DNA of 64,000 bases from Camelus ferus (taxonomy: Eukaryota), in assembly GCF_009834535.1 (NCBI RefSeq), contig NC_045707.1:59026001-59090000 (forward strand), read 5' to 3'. Position numbers and translations under genes: made by a program. The notes under the pieces are model-generated. The model searched no databases and was not told where the DNA came from. It saw only the letters and a program-made list of their open reading frames with translations. This document shows, in pieces, positions 52,981 through 64,000 of the stretch. Within the stretch, counting starts at the first letter, position 1, and the number at the start of each line of letters is the position of its first letter.

Positions 52981-55900
52981 AAACACACACGCATGCATGT
53001 GTGCACACACACTGGGGGCAGTGTGAAGAGAGCTTTGGATCACATTAACATTGGCACCTTCAAGCAAAGAAAATTTACACTGACTAATAAAAGTTTATGG
53101 GTAGTTTTTACTAGTCTAGTCATGAAATTTGAATTACTGCTGTTGTTCAACTTGAGTAATTGGTTTCCTCATGCATAACAGTACTCATTGTGACTCAGAG
53201 AGGTAAGAGAACAGTCACTTTGTATCGATTGCTATAATCCTCTATATAAAATACATTTAAAACATAATAGGTTAATATTTATAACTTTTATTTATATTAT
53301 AGATTCAAATATTTCACTACCCTAGATTAAGAAATTACTTGCAGTTCCGGTGACTCTGTAGTGGGTGATGTAATGTGGATGACACTGTCAAAGTACTCCC
53401 TGACACATAATAATGAGAAAGTGTGCAAAACACTTGGCTCTTCTGTGGTAGTTATTAACTGCTTGTGTAATACAGTAGTTGGTCCTTTAACTGAAACTGA
53501 TTGAGTTAATAATTGAATGTTTGAAATCGTGACTCACAGCTGGCTTTCTCTATGTGTTTGAATTCACCATGGTAACTACGAAATTGGTTTTGTTACAGTG
53601 TTGTATATTGCTTTAAATTAAACTGATGGGATTAATAATTGAATGGCAATTATAAAAGCTGTATGGCTGATGTTTCATTATCTTCGTTATTTTCTAACTA
53701 TTACACTCACATACACACTCTAACTTCCCGTCTGCCTATTACCATCAACAAAGCAATAGGTTATGCCTGTTAAATCTCACATATCTTAATCAATGTACTA
53801 ATATGGACATCATTTTTACATTTTCATTATTTTTAATTCTAAGAGTTTTTGAGAAGCTATAATGTTGAAATGTGTATATTTATATAATTATATTAACAAG
53901 TTGAGTACATTATACTTTCACTATAATTTTTGGTTATCTTTTCACTGAAGGGATAATGCATTTATTTTGGAATATCACATAAATAGATTTTTTTTTGTAA
54001 AATAGTGGAATCACCCTTGTTTTATGGGTGAGAAAGTAGAGGATTAAATTCTTTATATTATTTGCCCCAGCCTGTCTATAACAGAGGAGAGAACAAAATT
54101 TTCTATTTGATTTGCTTCCAACTTAGCTTTTGTAAATTTTTTTCTGTAAATACTGCCAGAATAATCCTCTTAGGTCAAAATTTTTATTATTTTTGTTTCC
54201 CGTTTTGACAGTTTTAATAATTTTCCATTACCTACATGATTTATCCCAGCCTTGGATCTGACAATCAATGCCCTACATAATCTGACCAATTCCCTGAATT
54301 TTATCAATTTTTTAAGTATGTTAAACTCAGGTTCTACCTGTAGCAAAAATATAAAAAGATGTATATTCTAAAAATAACCTATTGTCAATGTGGAGGATGA
54401 GTTAAGGAAGAAACTCAAGGCAGGCAAGCTGGCTTGGTTCTAATATTAGTTCACGTGAGAGACAGGTAATAAACAGGGTTTACAGAGAGACAAGCAAATT
54501 CCGTTGGGACATGCCTCTTAAAACAGCAGTCTTCAATCGTGGAGCCTAGTATAGTAAACATTCAAGGTATTAGATGAAGTATAGCTGATGTGTTTTAGGA
54601 AGTCATAATCCTGCGGTCACTTCGTGGCTGGAGCCTCTCTGCTTCTTTGCCAAAGGACCACCTCTGTGAACACGACTCATCTGACAAATGCACATTACAG
54701 GTCACAAAAGGATCAGCAAGAACAGCATTTACATGCCTTACTACAAAACCAAGACAACTTAATTAAAAATCTCACTGCTCTTTTTACTGGGCAAATCGTA
54801 TTAGAATTATGTTTGGTTTTTTGTTTGGTTTTTTGAGTTCTTTTTTTTTTGATTGCTGTTGTTCCAGGGTCAAAATTCCAGGTGAGCAATTGAAGAATTA
54901 TATTTAAGAAATGGTGAAAACATCATAAATAATTCATTTCAATTACTTTCAACAGGTTATCCTTGAGGGCCCACTGCATCGTGTATAAAGAATGACTGAT
55001 GGATGTGTTCTGGTGAAAAAGGAGATACTGAGTTGAGGGGGGTGGAGGTGTTAATTAAGAGCTGACTTTTATTTCCTGAAAGTACGTGTTCTTTTTTGTA
55101 CTAGGTTGTAAATGCAGAAGCAATGAATGATCGTTGTCCAAAGGCAACTGTCAGCTTAGTATTAGAAGGGACTTAATAATTCAGAACTATCTAAAAATGA
55201 AATAAGTGGAAGTATGTCGATCTCCAATCCAAGAAAGAATGGCCCCTTTTTCACACGACCGCAATCTGAATTCATATGTTGAGTAGAAAGTTGGCTTAAA
55301 TTATTTCTAGGCTCATTTTATGCATAGTAACATATGGCAGGGAAGAGAACAGAAAACTGGGGGCTTGAATACCTGGTCCTGGTTTTGATATTAACTAGCT
55401 GACTGAGTTAGGCCAGTTTCTTCAACTTTAAGCCTTAAGTTCCTTCATCTCTCTCTATTAAAGGAATAACTCCCTTAAAAATAAATGAATGGTACTATAT
55501 TCACACTTGAGAGACAGAAAAGAAAAGAATTTGACTGGTAAGGAAAAAACACAGGAAAAAGGGTTGACTAATTTGGACATATCTTCATGATGAATTTTTA
55601 GTAGAATACTTTTAATTATAACTGAACTATTCACAACCAGATGTACTAGCATTCTGTATACGTGACAAGCAATGGTATTATTATAAAATTATTTTAAGCA
55701 ATCCGTAATTGGGTTATCTAAAGATACTCGTTTCTGTACATTCAAATTGCTAAATTCCAGAACATCTTCTCATTTTAATAAAATATCAAGTAAATTTATA
55801 TGTTTTTATGCATGCACCCATGTAAATCTTAACTGGATTTATGCTTCAGGGTTCTCTTCAAAGATCAATTAAAAACATTAACCACTTGACCCAAGCTGTC

Positions 55901-58119
55901 ATCTAAAGAATATGAAATTAACCTTTTTTCAGGTTCATCTAATTCTTTTTAAAACTACCTTTATTTCTATGGATTTATTTAAATTTTCTGTGTTATCATT
56001 GCAAAGAACTTAAACCACTTCAATAACGCAATTATTAAAATCATAATTGTTGTTTACAACAGCCATCGTGCTTTCTGCTCTTTTGTTCAGTGGAGACATG
56101 AATTATTTTAAGAATATCAGTGATTTCTCTAATCCCAGGCCATTCTCTAGGACTTGAGGGTGCTCATTCCAGAAATAAACAGTATTTGTTACAGTTCATT
56201 TCCCTGTTGCTTCTTTAGGGAAATGAATATAACACTTCAATGCCAGAAAAGAAAAAGCTGTGTGAAAAAAAAAAAACAAAAACAAAGCTACATTTTCAAA
56301 TGTCAGTAGGCCCATATGGCACCTGACTTAGGAAGCTCTCAACAGGAACACATCCCTCTGCCCCCTTCCATCACTGAGCACGGACCTCCCACTGCTCTCA
56401 CTGGTGTGCAGGTAAGGAAGGCATCTGTGCTCCTTAAGTGGGATATTTTGCATCAAAAACACTTAATTTCACTCAACCTTAATAATCTAGAAAGAATACT
56501 TCTAGACTCAGATTGAGGAGAACAGCCAGTTCCCAGAGTGATACTTGAGGCAATTACTTCTTAACAATTTTGACCAATGCTTCTACTACAATATATAATC
56601 TATGACACATGCAAAACATATTTCTTAATGTTTGAGAGCCCAGATTTATAGCTCATATTATTAACCAATAGATAATATGACTACTTCATATTTGTGTACT
56701 ATATGTCCACGTGACTTTATGTACATTATCTTGATTTGTGCCCACTGAAATGGTTTTAGTTACATAACTGGGTCTCCATAGTCCAATGAGATCATGACAC
56801 TGAACCCCATAGTTATTATGTAAATTAGTCAAAGTCTAGCAGTGACTGATTGGCCAAACAAGAACAGTAACAGTAGTGTCAATAGCAATCCATGTACAGT
56901 GTTCACTTACCACCTCTGAAGCTCTGGCTGTATATGCTCACTCCTGGTCTGTATCAAGATGTGGCAAAGAGATTTTGGACCACGTAGTGCCACATATGCG
57001 GTCATTAAAGGTACTTGGATTGGATCAGCTGGTGTTGAATTTGGTAAATCTTCTAATAGTTCAATGTCAAAGGTTTTTTTTTTTTTTTTCCACATGCAAG
57101 TCCACCTAGGAACTAGAATGGAAAAATAAATGTTTTAAAAATGATAAACAATTTTCTGGACAGCATGTAATATAATATTTTATACTCTCATTTTCTTATA
57201 AAAGAAGGACCATAAAACCCAGCCCTTTCTAAAAGTACTGCCCTTTATTTCCCCACCTTCAGAGTTAGGGCAGCTTGTGGTATTTGATGTTCAGTATCCT
57301 GTGAGTTGTGCTGGAAAGAATGAATCTTGATTGCCTCCCCAACTTTCATTGCCTCATTTTTCTGCCAGGAGTACCCGAGTTAATTACTAGGAACTTCCCT
57401 TTCTTTTTTGCTGTTGTGCCCTGCATTTTATTAAGACTGACACAATAATTGGTGAGTATCTGACCTAATTTATATTGCTGAGAATTAGCAAGACGGATCA
57501 GAGTTTCTGAAAAAGTTTCTCTCTTCTCTGGTTGCAGGAGGTGCTGTTCTGACACCAGAACAGCTCTAGCATGAGAGATGCCAGCAAGGGACAAAGCAAA
57601 GTTGAGACCCTTGATGGAACCACACCCTCCCTGTTGACTTTTTATTATGGAAGTAATTTAAGTCTTTTTTTTTTTTTTTTTTAAAGCAAAGTGACTTGAA
57701 TTTTCTCCTGGTTGCAAATTATAGCAAACTAAATGATACAGTGAAGAATCCAATTTAGAGAGCATTAGAGGATTCCTCTGGCAGCTGTAGCTTTATTAAT
57801 TGTGGTATTAATTTGCCTTTATGATATAATATGATGTGAGAATTATGTCTACACCTCATTATAAATTTTTAATTTGTCTGTACCATGTGGTAAGTTCCAA
57901 GAAGGCAAAGAACTTCTCTGGTTTACTGCTGATAACCCAACACTTACTATAGTTTGTGGCACAGAGCAGGTGTTCACTAAATCTTCATAAAGAGAGAGGA
58001 AGAAAATAAAGAGAGGAAGGAAGGAAAAAAAATAGGCCCACCATTGTTCCTAATTCAGAGACAGGGAATAACTAGAGCAGGTGAGATTATTGTGAACACT
58101 TTAAAAATAGAAGAAAAAA

Positions 58120-58348
58120 TGGTGAGATTTGCAAATGTTAGCTACTATATATAAAAATAGATTAAAAAAAACAAGTTTCTTCTGCATAGCATGGGGAACT
58201 ATATTGAATATTTTGTAATAATAACCTTTAATGAAAAAGAGTAAGAAAACGAATATATGTATGTATATGCATGACTGGAACATTGTGCCATACACCAGAA
58301 ATTGACACATTGTAACTGACTGTACTTCAATTAAAAAAAAATAAAAAA
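58120..58348 (+). mobile_element. Short lineage-specific L1 3'UTR tail
   Basis: 'tacaccagaaattgacacattgtaactgactgtacttcaattaaaaaaaa'. Confidence 0.9.
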
Positions 58349-58950
58349 GGCATCTAAAGTGAAAGATTCCAAATACTGAAAAAAATGGACATTCCTTAAA
58401 TAAATCTATCACTGAAAAATAACAACAAGAAAAAAACTGTACAATAGCCCAAAGAATACCTAACATGATTTTCTTATGTTATTATGGAATACATTCTCCT
58501 TGAATAAAAATAAAGTTCACAGAACTTTAATACAAAATAAAAGTCACTTAAAAAATTCTAGATAGTCAACCTGGATGCTTAAAATATATACAGGTTTACC
58601 CTTTTTGCTTTCCTAAGGTGTAATATACTATACACAAATTACAAGAGCTGCATTCAACATTCAAAACTGTACCTGATTTAGGGTGACATTATTAACAGCT
58701 ACTTCAGATTTCAAAACTATCAGAGCAAGCAGCACTATATTCTTAAAATTCAGTTTCATAGCTTCAAAGTACACTATATTAATTTCTTTCACAACAAAAG
58801 GACACTGAACTCTGCCATCACTTCTCTACTAGTGATCCTAGACATGATATCCATCTAAATAACATAGGGCAAATATTGCTTTAACTTGATCCACAACAAC
58901 TCCCTACAAAGAAGTGCTTGTAACACCTAATGGCCTGATTATGGACTTTA

Positions 58951-59180
58951 TTAAATTGGGAGACTTGCAGATACTAACCACTATATATAAAATAGATAAA
59001 CAACAACTTTATACTGTACAGCACAGGGAACTATATTCAAAATCTTGTAGTAACTTATGGTTAAAAAGAATATGAGAATGAATATATGGATGTTCCTATA
59101 TGACTGAAGCATTGTGCTGTACATAAAAAATTGATACAACATTGTAAAGTGACTGTACTTCAATAAAAATATATATACTA
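58951..59180 (+). mobile_element. Short lineage-specific L1 3'UTR tail followed by (AATC)5
   Basis: 'gcacagggaactatattcaa...cattgtaaagtgactgtacttcaataaaaa'. Confidence 0.9.
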
Positions 59181-59858
59181 AATCAATCAATCAATCAATC
59201 ACAGATTTTCAAATCTTATTTTCTCAGATGAGAAATCCTTCAGAATGTTTAGCCGTTTCCTAAGATTCACATTTTGAGCCATTCTTATCAAAACAGTTAC
59301 CTCCCCTAAGCATGCCCACTCTTAGGCAGAGTATTAATGCTGAGTAAATGGTGAAACAAAAATACTGTTTTAGTGAACACCTGCCTAAATATTTATAAGT
59401 ATTTTTCAATATTCTTACCACAATCATCTTGGTGCCTTAACAAGCTGTTAATTTTTCACCTTTCATTTTTTCATAAACTAGATGATTCTCATGGGTTAAA
59501 TACCCATTTTAATAGAATGAATATAAAATTTAGTATACATGTCAGAAATCTGTCACCCCAATATTAATTTTATGTTTAAGATATATTAAGTTTTATACAG
59601 CCAAGCACCTCTTAGAAGATAAATAATTATGAATGATTAATATTGACTAACAATCTTCCTTTGGCTATTGGGTCTTCTTCTGTCAATCGAAGAGGGTATG
59701 TGCGTGAAGAGGTATATTATGTGACCAGATAGCAGGCCTGCATCGTTAAAATATGGTTTTTCTGTAGCCGAAAGAGGATTAGTAAAGTTATCACAAATAC
59801 AGGGTTAATTCAACACACAACCAGCTTCTCTTCTGTGCACAGATTCGAGACTGTGTAT

Positions 59859-60054
59859 CAGTGCTGTCCAACAGAATTTTTTCCTGGGATGAAAATGTTC
59901 TACATTTTCCAGTCTGGCAGCTGCTGGTCTCATAAAGATAGCAAGGACATAGAGTATGGCTAGTTTGGCTGAGAAACTGAATTTTATTTAATGATTGAGC
60001 TAAATGTATATTTAAATAGCCACGTGACTAGCAGCAACTGTTTAGGACAGTGCA
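59859..60054. mobile_element. MER3-like hAT-Charlie MITE
   Basis: Ends gtgctgtcc / ggacagtgc are inverted; internal 'tgagaaactgaatttt...tttaaatagccacgtgactag'. Confidence 0.8.
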
Positions 60055-60494
60055 TGCAGTTACAGAAAGTCTCAGTCTTTGGAGCTGAAAACATCATTCT
60101 TTTTCTCCCTCACCTTTGTTCTCTACTAATTTTTCTTTCCTCTTTGTTGCTTTTTTGTTCTTCACTCTAAATATTGTACAGTATAACTTCATATGTGTTT
60201 AGCAACTGTTATCTGTTGGGTCAGGGAAAAGAATAAATTTAGAATTAATCTAAGTCTTGAGTTTTTTTTTTTAGCATTTAAAATCGAGTTAGGGAGTCAG
60301 TCGTATACATATGCACACACACCCATAGGCACATATAATATACATATCCTGCACATATAATATATATGTATATCCTGATCATAGCAAATAATTTTGTATA
60401 TTATTTCAGAGGAAGACGAAATTATTGCAAGCAGAGTATCTTGATGTGGTTGAAACATGGAGTCTTAGAGAGGTTCATTAAGAATAAGTTTAGA

Positions 60495-60656
60495 GGGGGA
60501 AGGTATAGCTTAGTGGCACAGTGCATGCTTAGCATGCACGAGATCCTGGGTTCAATCCCCAGTATCTCTACTAAAAATTAAAATAAAAATAATAAATAAA
60601 TAAAACTAAATACCCCCAAAAAACCAAACAAAAAAAGTTGATTAATTAAATTTTAA
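60495..60656 (+). mobile_element. vic-1-like tRNA-derived SINE
   Basis: gggggaaggtatagcttagtggcacagtgcatgcttagcatgcacgagatcctgggttcaatccccag carries Pol III A and B boxes, followed by an A-rich tail and TSD. Confidence 0.9.
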
Positions 60657-60671
60657 AAAAATACGTTTAGA

Positions 60672-60789
60672 CCTTTAATGAAAAAGAATATGAAAATGGG
60701 TATGTGTATATATACGTAGGACTGGGATATTATGCTGTACACCAGAAATTGACAGATTATAACAGATTATACTTCAATTAAAAACAAAA
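60672..60789 (+). mobile_element. Very short lineage-specific L1 tail directly after the SINE
   Basis: 'cctttaatgaaaaagaatatg...tgctgtacaccagaaattgaca...tatacttcaattaaaaa'. Confidence 0.9.
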
Positions 60790-61497
60790 AAGAAGAAGTT
60801 TAGAAAAGTATTCAGGGTCTAGATCACATATGACCTCAGGATGAGTTTGACTTTTACCCATTAGACAACAGAAACATATTGAAGGGTTTAAAACTAGAGA
60901 AAAACATGTTTTTGCTTTGTTTTTTTTTTAAGATTATTCTGGAAGGATTGATCTGCATTGCAATAAGATGGTGTATTTAATTGTCTCCACATTGTGTTAT
61001 AATCATCTTTTTTATATGTCTGTTTCCTCAACTACAATCCAAAGATTGTTGACAGACGAAATTAATCTTATTTATTTTAGTAATTAAAGCACCTACCATA
61101 ATGTCAGGCTTATATTAAGTACTCATAAACCATTATAAATTATTTATTGAATGTATGTGCATCCAAAACTACAAATATTTGCCTTTGTAATCCTCAAATA
61201 GTTTCAAAAGATGCAAAGCTTAAGCCTCTAGCTTTCTCTCTTCTTTTCCTTTTTACAGGAATAGCTAGAATGCGATTCTCGTTTTTTGCATTAAACATTT
61301 TATTCTTTACTCAGTCTCTGTAGCATGAACTTTTAAACTTGGGGCACCAAAGGAGAGATTGTAGTCCAACCTGGCTAATCAGTGAGGGTGGTCTTCCTAG
61401 TAACAGCACCTATTCCTTCCTACTCCAAATTACAGGGCCAGGAGAATCTATTCACTTCTCATGCCTACATATTAGAGACTTGAAGGTTCCTTTTGAC

Positions 61498-61528
<31 letters not shown>

Positions 61529-62494
61529 AGAGCTGAAGTACACAATTTAGGGTAACGTAGACCAAGGGAAGCCAATGAAGTCAGAGAAAACAGAACCATG
61601 ACGTGCCTTCTAAAATCACCATCCTAAGGCAAGCAGCAGACAACTGGATATAACTGAGCAGAGGGAGTGAACATGTCCTTTCTGCCTTGACCATCTAAGA
61701 GGCAGCATTCACAAGAGCAACGTGCTACCTCTAGTAAAGGCTACTCATTCTCATAGTTTTTTTGTGGAAATTTCTGTTAACTGAGATGGTACCATCCTTT
61801 TATTTTCCCCAGTGAACCCTGAATTACAAGTGAGCATCAGAAGAAGACCAACAGTTCTCAGGCCTATCAGCAGCCCCACAAGCACAAGTAGGTACACATG
61901 ACAACATAAGGGAAATACCCTGATTAGCAAAGAACCTCAGGGAAATGGAGCCTCAGAGAATTCAATTCAGAAAAGCCAAAAGCGTGGATTAAAAACGTAA
62001 GTAGGGGTTTCCATGACTAAATGGAGATAAAAATCTCTCAACAGTAGGTGGTGCAATGCTCAAAACATGCAAAATGCAACTGTTTCCAAAGTATTTTTTC
62101 TTATACTTTCATTATAATGTTTTGGAATTTCTGAAAATCACTTTCATAGAATGCATAAGGCGTATAAAGAATAATTCATGATACTTGCCCTGAGGGAAAT
62201 CATAGTCCAAAAACTGAGTCAGATATGCAAAGCTTAATCATTAATGTGATAATTTGGATGGTATAACAGAGTTGTAGAGAGAATTCATTGAAGGCAGTGG
62301 AGGGAGTTGATTACCTAAACGCCTCTAAGCAGGAAGGCTAGTAGGGAGAGCTTCAGAGAAAAAGGCGTTGTTTGACGGATGAATAATGACTTTCCGAGTG
62401 ACCAAGGGGAGAGAGAATTTCGGACAGTGAAAGCCAAGTGCACAAAGGCACCTGGAGAAGCATCTGGGGACCTCCATGTAGGTTTATCGACTAA

Positions 62495-62745
62495 GCTGTA
62501 AGGTATGATTGTTGAGGAAAGAACATAAACTTTGAAAACAGACAAGGTCACAGCACTGACCTACCACCAAGTATCTGGGTGACTTGGAACATATTAAATA
62601 ACTTATCCAAGTCTCATTTGTTAGAGAAGAGAATATTAATTACTGTGTAATCTTCTAGTGAAGATTAAATGAAATAGGCATCTGAAATATTTTCACAGTC
62701 TAGGGGAATAAGATGCTCAACATATGATAGCTGTTATCATTATCT
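62495..62745 (+). mobile_element. MIR SINE nested in a minus-strand L2 (~62150-63010)
   Basis: 'ctgggtgacttggaacatattaaataacttatccaagtctcattt...gtgaagattaaatgaaatagg...atgctcaacatatgatagctgttat'. Confidence 0.7.
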
Positions 62746-63759
62746 TCATCACCATCATCACCTTCAGATTGGGAGAGGTAAGCTCCTGGAACCCTTGTGT
62801 TCTACACTGACTGTATATATATAGAGGCATTTAAAGACTTAAAACAGAGGAAGACAAACCCATATTTGTTCTAGGAAAATCACTCTGACAGCTTCATGGA
62901 AAATAGGAAGAATTGAACCTGGAATTGGGAAAAACAGCAAGAAGACAGTGGTAACAGCCCTGGAAATATGACTGCAGAACTAAGACACTAAGGGCTGAGA
63001 TGGAGAGAGGGGATGTTCCCATGTTTACTTTTCCCCTTTTCCTCTTCCCCATGCAAAGCTTAAGTGCTTTATGAAAGCCTTCCAATACAAAGTCACAATT
63101 GAGGTTGCTGTGGTTACAGTGAGAGGGAAAAAATATCGTCATCTTTTCTTCCAGCCCCATTCTTAGAACAATAATTTTATCAAACTCTTATTTTAGAAAT
63201 ATTGTGTTATAGTTCATCTTCTGCCAGGAAAGTCTTCTGTTCAGGCTTTCAAAGTAAATATAAGAAATAACAGGAATCCTGTCACTCAAACTGTACCCCT
63301 TGCCCTCATCCATGGTATTTAAGATTCTGCACATAATGTCTGATAAAGAGCTTTGAGCCATGTAACAGGGAATAAGAAACAGTCAATAAAAATTGAATGT
63401 AGCTGCTGGGCACTGCCATTGTCACTCACAGCAGTATAACTATACAAATTCTCTGTCACAACCAGTGCAGATCCCTTGTAAAAAAGGTTTAGTTTTCAGA
63501 GCAATATAAGAAACACTTTAAAGAAAACTCCCACATTATCTTTCTCTAAACCTGCTAGAAGTTTTAGTTTGATTCTTCAAACCGTTGCTGAAGTTCACAG
63601 CATTTCTTGTGAATATATTCCCACTCAATCGGGCACAATGGTGAAAACCAATACCTAACATATTGTCACCTAACGTTGATCTGGCCTATTTTTTTTATTG
63701 TCTTTGCTCTCAAAATGTTTGAATTCTAACAGCAGGGCAAACTGTTAATAATTGAGAGC

Positions 63760-63879
63760 AAATATAGTAGACAAGATATATATTATGTATATTGTATATA
63801 ATAACTGAATGTAATTATAGTAGACAAGATAAATACTGTGTATATCATATATAGTAAGTGAGTGTAAATATAGCAGACA
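63760..63879. repeat. 53-bp tandem repeat, ~2.3 copies
   Basis: tag(t/c)agaca recurs at 63765, 63818 and 63871; units 1 and 2 match at 44 of 53 positions. Confidence 0.9.
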
Positions 63880-64000
63880 GACATCGTTGTGTCCCTACTA
63901 CCTATGTACTTCCCAAAGCAATGTACCAGAGTTCCAGAGCTGATTAGTTAAATAGATGCTTAGTTACTGTAAATAGTTTCCTGTAATCCCAGGAAAAACA

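Noticed and set aside
60495..60570. tRNA gene
   Set aside because: It has A and B boxes but no intact acceptor stem, and it is followed by an A-rich tail and TSD, so it is a SINE.
1..64000. CRISPR array, operon or prokaryotic-type system
   Set aside because: This is mammalian repeat-rich DNA with no repeat-spacer array and no long non-transposon ORFs.

Overview
AT-rich, CpG-depleted eutherian genomic DNA, most likely camelid (camel/llama/alpaca): two tRNA-derived SINEs resemble vic-1, and I saw no Alu, Bov-A/tA, PRE-1, ERE or B1. The window is intergenic or deep intronic and largely made of interspersed repeats: young and old L1, L2, MIR, MaLR/ERVL/ERV1 solo LTRs, and the DNA transposons Tigger1, MER58A, MER3 and MER5. 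I recognise no host protein-coding gene; the only recognisable ORFs are L1 ORF2 fragments. The best non-repeat signal is a small CpG cluster at 4410-4620 arranged on the minus strand as E-boxes, homeodomain sites, TATA box, a ~32-nt exon and a GTAAGT donor. The other notable features are retrotransposon architecture (triplicated target site, two 5'-inverted L1s, an L1 5'UTR fused to an L1 3' end, many L1 tails truncated 3' of the G-rich tract) and old local duplications. I find no convincing new multi-component biological system. Repeat family names come from recalled consensus sequences rather than a search, and old-repeat boundaries are approximate.
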